NCBI GenBank assembly: GCA_002269645.1
Contig: NIVC01000382.1
Span: forward strand, 124,001 to 188,000
DNA length: 64,000 nt
Direction of reading: 5' to 3'
DNA from: Macrostomum lignano
Lineage: Eukaryota
This document shows positions 1 through 12,852 of the stretch, one piece after another. Below the pieces are notes generated by a model. It did not search any database and was not told the origin of the DNA. It was given only the letters and a program-made list of their open reading frames with translations. Made by a program: the position numbers and the translations under genes. The first letter of the stretch is position 1. The number at the start of each line of letters is the position of its first letter.

Positions 1-396
1 GGATAGGGCATGGGAACTTTTTCGTAAGTGCCTCCTATCTCGTGTACCCCCTGCACAGAGCCGTCGAGACTCGGCCAGGTTTCCGACCAGGCCTGGAGAC
101 TCCCGCCCTGCTGTACCCCCCTGCTGCCTTGGTTCCGTCTCCCCTGCCGCCACACCTGCCTTTCCGGAGCTCCCTGTCCCTCTGTACCCTCCCCTCTACC
201 TTATCTCCCCTGCACTCCACCCTATTCTTGTACTTTCCCTATCCCCCCTCTTTTTTGTCTCTCTCTGCACTCTTTTCTTGCGCTGTCCCCTCTTTCTCTA
301 CGTCTGCTTACAGTATGTTGTGTGCCCACCGTCCTCCCATCCTTTCCTAAACTCCCAAACGTTGACGCAAGTCGTGTGACCTCTTCTTCCCCCCGA

Positions 397-911
397 TGAC
401 TCATCGATGACTCATCCCTCTCTCTTGCGCAACCTTTTCTCATGCCATTGTTCTCCTCCCCAAATTTCTCATGCGACACCCACCCCACCTCCGCTTCTAT
501 TGTTCTTGTTTTTGATTCCTTTGTTCTCTTTACCCCCACCAATTATCACCTTTTCTCCGATTTTCTCTTTCTTTTGTTCTCGTTTTCGCACCTAATTATC
601 ACCTTTTCTCCAATGTTTGCTTTTCCATTGTTCTTGTTTCTCCTCAATTATCCCCGATTTCCAATTCCTTTGTTCTCGACCCCGGCCCCATTGTTTTCAA
701 TGTTTGCTTGCGCAACACTTTCGCGACCACCCGCTGCGCCAATTATCCCCCCACCCCACCTCCGGATTGCGCAATTTCCCTATTTCTCATGTTGCTATGC
801 CGGTCTCATGTTTCTCATCATGACTCATTCTGACGTCATTCGGCCGGCAGCCAATCAGAGAGAGGGAGCCATGGAAACGGCCTTGGAGCGGCGGCTGGGA
901 AGGCTATAAAA
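397..911 (+). promoter_or_regulatory. Pol II core promoter-like cluster: AP-1 sites, CRE, CCAAT, TATA
   Basis: TGACTCA at 397-403, 408-414 and 821-827; TGACGTCA at 831-838; CCAAT at 851-855; TATAAAA at 905-911; splice donor CCG|GTAAGT at 1243/1244. Confidence 0.5.
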
Positions 912-2345
912 GGAGGCGGTTTTCGGCATGAGAAGACTCAACTTTTGCCCACCTTCGGGCTCCTAGTCTTTCTTTAGACTTGCCGTCAGACTGAGTTCTG
1001 ACCCATTCGTCTATAAGACGAATCCCTGCCGGTCCGCGGTCTGTTACCGCCAAGTTATCTTCAGCTCCCCAAGTGAGCTCGCCTATCGGCCAGCGGTCTG
1101 ACACCGCCCAGCATCATCAGCTTCGCCTGATCTACACCAGCGCCTCGTCGCCTCAGCGCATCGCCGCTTCACCGTCTGCCTGACTGCAGCCTACAGCCGC
1201 CCTCGGTCACTCCGCCTCTCTCTCTCTCTCTGCGCAGCTGCCGGTAAGTTCCTATTACTGATTTGTGCTCCAATTGCCTTTGCTTATCCGGAGTTTGCCT
1301 ATTTTTCCATTGTCTAATTAGAGAGCTGAGCCAGTTGTAATACCGTATCTTTTGCTGTATTTTTACTTAATAGTGAAGCCGCCTAATTGCCTGATTATTT
1401 GCCCAAGGGCCGAATTATTAACGATTAACTAACCTCATCATTATTCACTTTTTCACCATCATTTCACTCATGGCTTGCTAAGCCTTTCCCCCGGGGTGGC
1501 AAAGCATAAGGAAGTTTGGGTAAGATAATGGCCTCTCCCCGTGCAAAGCCCGCCTGTGAGTGCGTGCTGCGGGGCCGCGTGTGCGTGCAGTAGAGGGATT
1601 AGCGAGTCTTGGCACAGAATGGCAGTAGGAAGGTTGCAACCCCATGCTGACGCGTCCCTTCGCCCTGAGCAATCTAAACTATAGACAGTACATGTTCGCC
1701 TCATACTACTCTTAGTAATCAAGGTCGTCAGTCAGCCTCGCTCACAGCCACAAAGGATCCCCTGCTGAGAAATCCTCCAGATTGAGCCCAGAGTTCCCGA
1801 TCATGCCCCAAGCAGAGTCCCTGTACTCGGCTGCATGTGTCTCCCCTGTTAGCCTAAATCTCCTGGTAACCATCCCAGGCGGGGCTCTAGCCTCCAGAGG
1901 TCTGGTAGAAAGATCCAGGTGCGCCAGGTCACATAGAGTGGTGGCAGCCACTCGGTCATACTATGACCGAGTGACCAACTATTGCACCTTGGCTACAGGT
2001 GGGGTCCATGTGGGTCCTTGGCCCTCTGGTCACAAAGCGCTACCAAAGCTACCAATCATGTGGGCGGGACAGTCTGGTGCTGGAGGTCCGTCAGGTCATT
2101 TCCCGGTCATAGGCAGCCTACGGTTATTGCCCCCTCTAGTCATGCGTTCGTCTCTCTACGGAGCGGACAGGCGACAAGGGCGGTTATATCAAATGTTAAA
2201 AGGCTTGGTTCTAACAGATTCTATGAAAATGCGATATCGCAACGCCTTATTATTTGCTTACTCATAAATACGTACCTCACATAAACACAATATTGCGCCC
2301 TACAATGTACATGTACGACTTTAAGGTGCAGAAGGAATTGAACAC

Positions 2346-4615
2346 TTACTGGAGACGTTCGTCGCTAAACGGATGCATTTGCTGGGGTGCATCTGGCATT
2401 TGGATGAAACTGTCAACTTCAGGAACGGCTATCAGAAGAAAAGGCGGTGGGTGATGGTCAAAAGCCGGGGCACTAAACCGCCGTAGACTACCGCAGTGAT
2501 GGCATTCGTGCACTTCCTCATCGATATGAAATATGCGCCGCATGAACGATTCCGGGTTTTCATACCAACATTCTTCCTCGGTTGGAAGTCGAAGCACAAG
2601 CTGTTGGAATGACGCCGACGCCTGTGGCTCTGGACAGTCATGTTCCATACACTTGGATGTCTGTCTATATGTGTGGCAGAAACCCGTCACAGCGGTGACC
2701 ATGTCGAGTTCGCTGCCATAGAGGTCACAACTAACGACATTGGATGCTGCAGTCCTTCTTATTAGATGACCTGAGTCCCAAAGTGCTTGTGACCGAAGGA
2801 GAAGCCTAGCACGAGCTTTGTGCGCAGCCGCAGTTGTGTAGGAGCTGACAGCTTCTGACAGAAATTCAAAAAAGTATCTGGCAGGACCGTCTGGGGTGTC
2901 CTGAATTGCCTGCCGAAACACATTGTTGTCTCTGTAAGCAAAAGTTAAGGCCGTAAGCACACCATCTACCGTGCATGAATTCCTCAGGGTGAGAGTAAAC
3001 AATTCATTTCCAACAGGTACAGCGCTGATTTGTCCACCGTTGCGCAGTGTCGAGAAAGTGGGTGCCGCCGAATTTGTTGGAAGGCTGAACGCAGAATAGT
3101 CTTTGCCTGATCTAAGCTGGTGCTCAAGATTAGCGCACCGAAAGCGTGCTTCCAAAGACGCTTAGTGCCTTTTAGGGGGCACGATGCAACTTCTGGCCAA
3201 GAACAAAATTCGTGCATGACGTGACTGCGTCCCAGCTGAACTACTGTGAACTGACGGAGCTCGGCTGACGGCATGTTCATTGTGAGCGCCTGCATGCAGT
3301 GCCGGAGAAAAGGTAGTTAGTCCATCCCGTGCAGGCAGTTCAGAAGAGCACGCATGGATGGGAGGTTATAATCGGTGACGGCTGCTTTTACTTGCAGCCC
3401 AGGAATGGCGCGTCGAACATCCGTAAACCACGATTCAGTGACGAACTTGTTTGGCAGGTGGTCAGTAATTCCATCAGTGCAATGGGGGCACTACCGGGCC
3501 TAGGGTGGCGAAGGACAATTGCGTGGTAGTAAAGCGGCTTTTCCGAACTGTCCGTTGCACGTCGTATTGGCGCCCCGGTGGAGTCCAATCCCAGTACTAT
3601 CGGCAGGCGCCGACTGTGCAGCGTGCGCATCAGCTCAATCCCGCGGTCAAGCCAGGCTGCTGCGTATTGGGGTTCTTCGGACCCAAAAAACGTTCCAACT
3701 AGTCGGATGTATTGTGGCTGGAGAATTTCACCGGCATTAACCAAATCAGTTAAAAGATTTCCAGAAGGGTTTTCGGCCTGCTGCTCGCGGCACGCCATGA
3801 TGCGGGCTGCATTAGCAGAGAAGTTCTCTGCGCTGATACCCTCCGTTGCCAGTCCAGCTACAACTTTGAAAGCATTGGATTGTCTTACGGCTTTCGCAAC
3901 CTCCTGACGCCTCGGTCCGCGAACTGGACGGCTGACAACTGGATGCTCACGGATGGTCGAAAGAACTTGCAGTTGCCAGTTTTGTCGCTGAGCATCTGAC
4001 GACAGTACAAATCGAGCACCACATGCATGAAACCTGCAGTATAACTCCGCTTTGACTTCGCCAGAGCGCAGAATTCGTCGCTTATTCACACACAGGCAGC
4101 AGCAGAAACCTTCTTGGCGGGAGAATCCCGGAATGATATCGTTGTGCTAGAAAGGTTTCAATTGGCCTTGTTCGTCTACCACACGGTCCTGACCAATTGT
4201 ATAGTAGAAAGTGGGACAGTCAAGGTCTGCAGTATCTGTCCCATCAGACGTGCACTCCAAGTCATCTTGACTAGCTGAAGATCTAGAAAAAATAAAACAT
4301 ACATCTGCTCATTAAAACTGTTAAATTGAAACGTTCTAAAGTATCAAGGGAGGTTTCGTAAACTTACACAGCGGGATTAGTTGGTTCTTTGCAGCATTCC
4401 AGAATGGCGGCACGAATTCCTCGGCTATCCTTCTGCAGTTGGTCGTAAAGCCACTTCCGATTCTTTTCATTGCTTCCATCGAATCCAACAAAATGGGCCC
4501 AACGAGAGAGACGCGCATCTTCCTGGCTTCGCCAACTGGGAAGACGAGAGCTAGCAAAATCTTTCGGCTCTAGCCTACCAACCCGAAACGGCAGTGTGAG
4601 GTCCAGTAGAGACAC
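2346..4615 (-). pseudogene. Decayed NOF-FB/Rehavkus-like (MULE/MuDR superfamily) transposase with a C-terminal cysteine-protease-like segment
   Basis: ORF 3388-4089 has EHP..RPVRGPRRQEVAKAV and LGLDSTG...KPLYYHAIVL (first catalytic D). After a frameshift the reading gives VTDYNLPSMRALL (second D), a stop, then TVVQLGRSH (degenerate CxxH). ORF 2346-3155 carries LRNSCTVDGVLTAL and CHHC. Several frameshifts and stops. Confidence 0.7.
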
Positions 4616-7164
4616 TGCTTGCCAGTCTAAAAGTAAGAAAAGTTATTGAAGTAGTAGTGTATGTGTCACGAGTAAAGCAGCAGACATACTAAAAATTTCA
4701 ATTTACTCCCATCACCCATCTTTCCTCACCAAGTAAAGTCTCACATAAGAAGGTTGTCAATTTGTTATTAAAAGAACAATCGACTAATGCTACATGATGC
4801 ACAAACTCAAACAAAATTTGACTACAAACTCTGGACAGTATAAGTGACCGCATTCATTTCTTAACCTAATGGATGCGTGCTTAAAAATAAATGTACCTTA
4901 TATGAGTATGTGACTTTAGATACATTAGAACAGAGCAATAAAACATTTTACAGTGACTTACTTAGGTGAGTTCCGTTTTCAACCATATGGATGATAAATC
5001 TGGAATATGAGGAACATATTTGTGAGAGTTCTTTGTGAGGAGTGTCATGTGAGATGACAGCTATAATCACAATGTCAGTTCCCTCTTGTCTAATTGCCTA
5101 ATTTATAAATACGTATATTGTATAGAAAATGCTTGTCTTTACAATATACTAAATCTTAAATCTTGGATGCTAACTAGTAGAAATAAATATGTTTAAAAAT
5201 GAAGAAACACAATATCATTTAATATAATTATAGTGAAAAAAATACAAAATTTAACTTATTACCTAACCAGCTATAAAACAAATAAAATAAAGAATTTGAT
5301 TTATATATAACTATATAAAATTTTTTGTAATAAAAGTTACCAACTAATTATTAAATCATAGAAATAACCAAAGTAACTTTCAATACAGCATATCTTTGTA
5401 GTTTATATTATGACTAGAGATAGAAAATATTTTTGAAAACTTTTAATTGCTATATTTTTTATTACTTTATCTTACTCTTTTAAATATAGAACCAAATATA
5501 ATTTATAACAGCAGAATTGGTGCAATAACACAATTTTTACTCTTCCTTTTACTTCCACATAACTTAAAATTTTAGATACCTACTACTGACTAGCTATCCA
5601 CACTCCACAAATAAAAGTCTGTTGTGTTCATTGTTCAATGTGACTTTTACCTGTAAAATAGAGTGTAAGACGACTCAAGAATCTTGTTCGCAATATTAAA
5701 TTTTAGTTTTCGCAGACGGTTTTGCAACTTATTAATTTTTTGACCTGGTTACATGCACATTGCCCTAGTAAACATTGCTAAGTATCTTTCTAAAAAATTC
5801 GAAAGAAAATTAATGTGGTGCAACACATGCCTACGAGTATAAAATACACTTTGTAGCGTTACCGTGTGGATAATTGGACTATCCCTTAGACCATAAAGCC
5901 GTGACAAACACTGCTATTTGAAATTGTAGCATGCTAAATATTATAACAACATGGGTAATTAATATTATTGCGAAAGCTTGATATTGTACAAAAATTTGCA
6001 TAAAAATATACTAAAAAAAAATTTACTTAATCCGTTTCAATTGCAATAAAAAAACAATACTACGTGATTATTGCATAGCGCCTTTGCAGCAAATGGATCT
6101 TTGACAAGAAAGTCCATTATGGTTGATATAATAAGTGGCGAATGTGTGAAAATCGATTGGAATATAAAAATGGGCTTTGTAGAATCTATTTTTGAAAATG
6201 GCGCAAGTATCGCACCCCATTTACCCTGTTGGCGAAAAGAAAAAAGTACAGAAACGTACTTTCCCGACCTTTGGCACAGTGTGGTGCAATCATTTCTTCA
6301 TGGATTCATTTGAAAAGTTTGCTATATTATGTGGAACAAATTATGCTCTTCAAAATATCAAACGGCGAAAGAATTCATGCAAGCGTTATGCCTCCAAAAG
6401 CTATCACATTGCTATTTTCGCACTATCTTCTCATCGGCAATTTTTTATGCTCTGTGAAAAAAATGTACGCGGAAATTGGAGACAAAACCTCGTGGCGAAT
6501 ATTCATAATAAAGAAGTTTATTAGTTAGACATATTTTTTTGCGATGGCGAATTGTTTTTAAAAAAATAATGTGATAGTGATTCGCTAGCGAAACGTGAGT
6601 TGATGACCCTATCATGGAATAACCCATATTACACTTCATTGGATTTAATTTCGCGGCTTTACGTGCTTATTCTTTTCTATTAAATGCTATCTAATCTAGA
6701 CAACCTACAGTTTTCGGCTGCACTGTAAGATTGCCTTCATAATTTTAATACATTTTATATGTACATGTACGTAATGGTACATTTGAACATTATACACTGG
6801 ATATTGATAAGTACGCTCGTAATTGCATTAACTCTGCATGATTGACTAACACATTTACTGCAAAACATGAACTTTTTTAGCGCAATCATGGCGCAATATT
6901 TGGCGCATTCAAGCAGCTCATGCGGGTTTTAGTCCTTGGCAGCGACTGCACGCAAGTGGAGGCCGTGCTTCGCTCGTAGGATCACTGACCAAATGATCAC
7001 TGTCCCAGCTAGCACTCTGGCATGATTAATGGCATACAATTTACACGTAGTTTAAATTTGCAATTGGAATAAAGTTTGGCTTATATCAAGCAAAATAATG
7101 TCAGTACTCGATCATGATGTAACTAATAAAAAGAAGAAGACACAAGGGTATAAGTAGTAATATA

Positions 7165-7401
7165 CGGTACAAAATTGCCAGCAAACCGTTCTCATAATTC
7201 AAAGAGATTTAACCCTTTATCAGTGTGAAATGACTCGTTTTCCCTTCATTATCGCTCGTCTTCACTTCGCTCAACTCGCTTCGCTCATCCTCGCTTCATT
7301 TCGGTCAATCAAGTCATTTCACACTTACAACGATTAATTCTCATTGAATTATGAGAATACGCTCTCGTCGTTCGCTTCGGTTTGCTGGCAATTTTGTACC
7401 G
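7165..7401. repeat. 237-bp imperfect terminal hairpin
   Basis: Perfect inverted pairs: 7165-7188/7378-7401 (24 bp), 7189-7202/7344-7357 (14 bp), 7222-7235/7312-7325 (14 bp). The loop is pyrimidine-rich with TCGCTTCGCTC-type repeats. Confidence 0.9.
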
Positions 7402-7790
7402 CACCCAAACACTCCCCAATTCTTCTAACACTTCCAACTCTCCCCAACACTCTATAACCCGCTGCCGCGCCGCAGGCGCCAAGGGTCTTTTTCTGTTACT
7501 AAAAATAAACCGAGTTTACATGAATTTCACATGATACATGCTAACGAATATAAAAATTCATGTGCTGTTTTACACACAATGCACCGAGGACAGAGAATAA
7601 AAGCGTCTATTGTGCTACAGCGGGGCAGGCCATTTTTGGATAGAGAATCTTTTGTGTTTGCGCCTTCTATATTTTCTATACAAAAAAGAGTAAAAAAGAG
7701 CTATAAAATAAAACCGCTGGAGATGCTTGCACACTACCCTTTCTTTAGTGTCTGCAACTTAATTTTTCTGTTACTAAAAATAGACAAAAA

Positions 7791-8201
7791 ATGACACACG
7801 TTACACATATGCAAAATCTGAATGAATTGCAGGTAGGAGACCCGGTTGAATACCGAGGTGAGGGGCTTTTTGATTTGGCAGGTACAGCAGCAAATTTTGT
7901 TAAAGATAATATGGGTCTTATAGGGCAAGCAGGCTCCGCAGCAGGTTCTATAACAAACGCTGTAAAGGGCGGAATCGAAGCAGCGAGGGCAGCAGAAGAA
8001 CTAAAGAAATTGAGAGAATTTAACGACACCCTCTCACAAATAAAAGCAATAAAAGATTTGAAACTAGCACAGGAAGCAACCCAAGCCGCACAACCATCAG
8101 AAACCCCCACGAAAAGCACACCAATAAGTAATAAAGATATTCAGGATTTTAATAAAATGTTAACCACAATTAAAGGTGGAAAAGAATTAAAGAAATTTTA
8201 A
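7791..8201 (+). CDS. Polinton small protein, possible virion core/membrane-active precursor
   Basis: 136-aa ORF; RGEG|LF motif followed by an amphipathic Gly/Ala-rich helix; stop is 10 nt before the next ATG. Confidence 0.55.
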   Translation: MTHVTHMQNLNELQVGDPVEYRGEGLFDLAGTAANFVKDNMGLIGQAGSAAGSITNAVKGGIEAARAAEELKKLREFNDTLSQIKAIKDLKLAQEATQAAQPSETPTKSTPISNKDIQDFNKMLTTIKGGKELKKF

Positions 8202-8211
8202 CAATATAAAA

Positions 8212-9201
8212 ATGGATGCAATTAATGACAATCGGCTATATTTTATAGGAGAAATTGTAGACAGTCTAGGTTTAGATAATAATAAACATAGCCACACAAT
8301 GTTAAAAAGATTGGATCGTTTAGGTAAAAAACTTGACTACGATATCGATACATTTAAACTTGCTGCAAAATATGCACAAGAAGGAAGACCAATATCCTTT
8401 AAGAATCGTGGTAGAAATTATAGGTTGACAGACTCCGATGTAAAATTTTTATTGGAGACTCACACTAAAAAGGACGGTGGGTTGCTACCCATTTTACCAA
8501 TTCTTTTAGGCCTCGGAGCAGCTGGAGCAGCCGGTTTAGCAGGCAAAAGAATTCATGATAACCGAAAACAGTTAGCAGAATTAAAAGCAAAACAAGGGGG
8601 CATACTTCCACTTGCAACTTTGTTACCAATAATTTTTGCAGGAATAGGAGCAGCTGGTGGAATAGCGGGTGGCGCAGCTGGAATCACAAAAGCAGTAAGC
8701 GATAAAAAAGCTGCGGATGAAAAAGCTAAACGAGATGCTGAATTTCAAAGACAGCAAATAACACAGGATGCTCAATTCAAACAGAAACTCATTGACACCA
8801 TAAATAGTAGTTCAGCAACAGCAGAGCAAAAAAGAAATGCAGAAGCTAGGTTAGCAGCCGGAAAAGGTTTAATCTTACAAGGCACAAATCACGGCGATGG
8901 TTTAATATTAAAAGGAACAACCCAAGGAAGTGGAGTCGTCGCAGATAAACTACATGAGTTTGGCCAAACTTTAGAAAAAACGGGTGAGAAAGCTAAAGGA
9001 TTTTTTGACAATATTGGAGCCAATTTTAGACCAGCCGTTCAGAAAATTTTTAATAAATTAGGAAAAGATTTTAACATCATTGAAAAACATGACGGAAGCG
9101 GATTATATCTCGAAATGCGACCAAAAGCAGGTTCAAGAATTTTCTTAAATGCAAACGTTATGGGTAGCGGACTACTGTTACCGAAAGCAGATCTCGAATA
9201 A
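8212..9201 (+). CDS. Polinton/adintovirus-type Gly/Ala-rich hydrophobic core protein
   Basis: 329-aa ORF with KDGG|LLPILPILLGLGAAG and KQGG|ILPLATLLPIIFAGIGAAGGIAGGAAGI segments plus repeated GxG|L motifs, as I recall from Polinton structural accessory proteins. Confidence 0.7.
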   Translation: MDAINDNRLYFIGEIVDSLGLDNNKHSHTMLKRLDRLGKKLDYDIDTFKLAAKYAQEGRPISFKNRGRNYRLTDSDVKFLLETHTKKDGGLLPILPILLGLGAAGAAGLAGKRIHDNRKQLAELKAKQGGILPLATLLPIIFAGIGAAGGIAGGAAGITKAVSDKKAADEKAKRDAEFQRQQITQDAQFKQKLIDTINSSSATAEQKRNAEARLAAGKGLILQGTNHGDGLILKGTTQGSGVVADKLHEFGQTLEKTGEKAKGFFDNIGANFRPAVQKIFNKLGKDFNIIEKHDGSGLYLEMRPKAGSRIFLNANVMGSGLLLPKADLE

Positions 9202-9227
9202 ATATTATATAAATTTTATCCTATAAA

Positions 9228-12200
9228 ATGGAACAAAGAATGACCCCAGACCAAATTCGACAACTTCTTGCAAATGAGCGCCAACAGTTCAATCGATTAC
9301 AAAGACAGATTGAACAAATTGAACAGCGCCAAAGACAACAACGTCGCCAAAGGGCAAGAGAAAGACAGAGAGAAAGACAAAGAGAAAGAGAAATACAAGA
9401 ACAACAAATAAACGCACTAGCAAATAATCTAAGGGCAGAATATGAAATGAAGCGTTTAATAGAAAAGGCTGAATATGAAAAAAGAATAGCAGAATTAGAA
9501 AAAAAACAAAAGAAACCCACACGTCGGAAACCTCGGAATAAATCGGATGAAAAACCATTAGATGAGTTTATTAGGGTTTATCGATTTGAACCAATGCAGA
9601 ACGTCCTAGATTTTATTGAAACCCAACTTTCAAACGGATATAGTGTTGAAATTACTAATGCGAGGGTACAATATTTTTATAATAAAACCGGAGATGATCG
9701 CGAAGAGATTAATCAATACTTAGCAACATTTTATAACATAAGCCAGTTTCAAGCTTGGTTTAAGCATTTGGTAGAAAACTACGACATGAATTTAAGTGTG
9801 TTTTCTGTAAGACTTAAAATGACACCAAACGAAATTACACTTAAACACGAAAGGTCAAAGCAGGGTATGGGAACAAACGTCATGTGTGAAATTGCAGAGT
9901 ATAAAGATGAGTACTGTTACATACCCAGCGATGGAAATTGTTTCTACAAGTGTGTTCAGTTTATTTATGGTGATAAAGCCCCGACCAAAGACGAATATGG
10001 TAGTTGGTTGTACGACTCAAGAACCCAAAGAGGTTTAATGACAAATTCAAGAATTGGAAAATTCAATGAATATTTTAATCTTAACATGGCTGTATAACCC
10101 TAATAATCGTGGAATTGAACCGAAGTCTCAAAGAGGGATTCACCACGACTGGTTATTAATAAATTACTATCACACAGCTGATTATCACATTGGTCATTAT
10201 TGCCTTATATCCAATAAACAACGAGGAATCGCTCTCGATCGGATAAAAGACAATTATAAAGTAGTGTTTAAAAACCCAACGCCGCAAAATGTTAAAGAGC
10301 TAAAAATGTTCAATACATCCACAAATCCCAATAAATCAAATGTATACATATTTGATTTTGAAACATATTTAAATTATAATCAACAAGCATGTCCGTATGC
10401 AGTTGGTCTTTTAAACTATAACGACTTTTCTAATAATTGTAATGAAACCCCAGAGGCAATAAAGAAACTAACTAAGATCTTGATATCAGATCGCGGTTGT
10501 GATTTTCAAACAGATGGAGCTAAGACTGATCGTACCGAAGGTTCGCAACCAAAGGTTGATTGTGTTAGAAAAATGTTTAAATACCTTGGTACCGTTAGGT
10601 CAAAAAAGATTGTTTTGATCGCACACAACTCATCCCGCTTCGATTCATACATACCACTATTTTGTAATATAAAACCAATTAAAATTCTTAAAACCCCAAG
10701 AGGAATATTATCAATTACTTTTGTAAACGATTATATGTCAAAAGAGGTTAGAGCGTTTATAAACAAAGATAAGAAGAAGAATCACAAGGATTCGAAACAA
10801 ACCATTACGATGCTTTGTTCATATCAACACGCCTCAATGAGTTTAAAAAAGTTTTGTTCATCAATGACAATTAGAGAGGATTTGCGCAAGACCTCAATGG
10901 TTCACGACATTACCGAACACGACTACCTAGAGCGCATGGATGAATGGTATGAATATTTACAATTTGATCTTATTTCTTTATGCGCCTGTATTCATAAGTA
11001 TAACGAAATAGCATATGAAATTGGAGGAATGACAATGTTTGATACTCTTACCTGTTCGAGTTTAACATTAAAATGTTGGTTTAAAGATTTTGTTAGAGTT
11101 GAAGACAAAATGAAACAATACCTAAAGACAAAAGAAAAAAGTAATTACATTAAAAAAGTTGAAGAAATAATATCTCCGTTGAAAATCGAAGATTATTTTG
11201 ACTTAAGCAAACTTGAAAAAATGAAATACCAAACACTATTAAGAAAAGAATTTTCGGTTCACTCTCACACCAACCCTTATATAAGAAGGTTTATGAGGGA
11301 CGCAGTCAAAGGAGGCAGAGTATTTGCACTAATAGATAAATACGAAAGCGACTGTTTTCAAACAATCGTAGACGTCGTAAAAGATCATTTAAAAACACCA
11401 ACAATCGACCTATGCGAGGTTATATCAACTTATCTAAAAATCTATATGAAAGAAAAAAAGAAAATCGCAATTAAACTAAAAAACCAATTGGGTACCGTAT
11501 CAGATTGTTTAATGAATTTTGATGGGGTCTCATTGTACCCATCCGCAATGTCTGATAAGGATAGTGAATATCCAAGAGCAGAAACAGTCAGAGTTTTTGA
11601 TATAAGCGAGGAAAAGGATTTTTTGACACAATTTAATTCACAAACCTTTCGACCAAAAACAGCGGTTTTAAAGATTATGTATGAGAACCCTACTAACGTT
11701 TTTCTTCAACATCTCCCATCGAAAGATAAAAAGAAATTTTATAATCCGGAAACAAAAGCAAACGAAACAAAAACATTAAATAGGTTTAGAAACGGAAAGG
11801 TAATCGACACCCTATGTTCCGTAGATATACAAGAAATTGTAAGAATGGGTGGAAAAATATTAAAGATATATAGTGGAATTGTATATGAAAAAAATTACGA
11901 TTTCTCTCCGTTTCAGAATTATATTACAAACCTTTTTGAAATGAGAAAAGTGTTTAAAAAAGAAAATAACGAGGCGGGTTCTGAATTAGTAAAAACACTA
12001 TTAAATTCTTTATATGGTAAAACAGTTCAAAGAGACATTACTTTCACAACACATCTCTGGAATTTGCAAACATTAAAAACAGAATACGACGACACAATCA
12101 AGTCATATGAGAAAATATGTGACGATTTATTTTATGTTGAAAAAAAGAAAGACACAAGAATATGTAGATGAGGACGATAATCCTACAACAGGTCTTTGTC

Positions 12201-12852
12201 CGGCACAATTAGGAATATTTATCTTAGCTCATTCAAGAAGGATCATGAATAATTTTATAACCTCTATAGACGGTTCAAAAACTCCAGAAATTTATTACGG
12301 TGATACGGATTTGTTAAATATACATAAAAAACATTGGGATACATTAAATAAAAACGGACATGTCGGAAATAATTTAAGTCAAGGAAAAAACGATTATGGA
12401 GAGGGTGGAATTATATTCGGTTATTTTATCGCTCCTAAAATTAAATATTGTCTTTTATTGAAAGACGATTTTATTTTGGAAGAGAAAAAAAAACATTTAA
12501 AGGATGTGCAAATGATAAGATTAATTTTGCATCGTTTAAAACTTTATATGATGGACAGTCAATAAAAGTAAATAATAATGCCCCATGGAAACGATCGTTT
12601 GAAGGCGGGATAATAATCCCCCAAAGCGGATCAACAATATCAAAAACATATACGTCTACGATAAACACATTTAAAAGAGAAAAACCGGATAAAAACGGAG
12701 TTATGAAACCATTCTTTAAAAACTATTTTGATGACAAACCACAACACGAACATTCAATTGAATATTATAACAGTTTACTATTTGATGTTGACTATAACTG
12801 TTTTGAGTTTGATATTGATGAACTAGCACTTATAAAAAACCAAAGCATGTAA
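9228..12852 (+). pseudogene. polB: Protein-primed family B DNA polymerase with N-terminal coiled coil and OTU-like domain, split by 3 frameshifts
   Basis: OTU-like IPSDGNCFY...IGHYCL; ExoI IFDFETY; ExoII AHNSSRFD; ExoIII YLQFDL; Pol A DGVSLYPSAM; Pol B KTLLNSLYGK; Pol C YGDTDL (S>L). Spread over ORFs 9228-10097, 10054-12171, 12107-12565 and 12448-12852. Confidence 0.92.

Noticed and set aside
28-909. Pro/Phe/Leu-rich ORFs at the window start
   Set aside because: Low-complexity pyrimidine-rich DNA with overlapping frames and no motif.
1949-1973. 25-bp near-perfect palindrome CACTCGGTCATA-C-TATGACCGAGTG
   Set aside because: Real but isolated, with no associated structure to give it meaning.
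6071-6639. Cluster of short ORFs in AT-rich DNA
   Set aside because: No recognisable motif in any frame examined.
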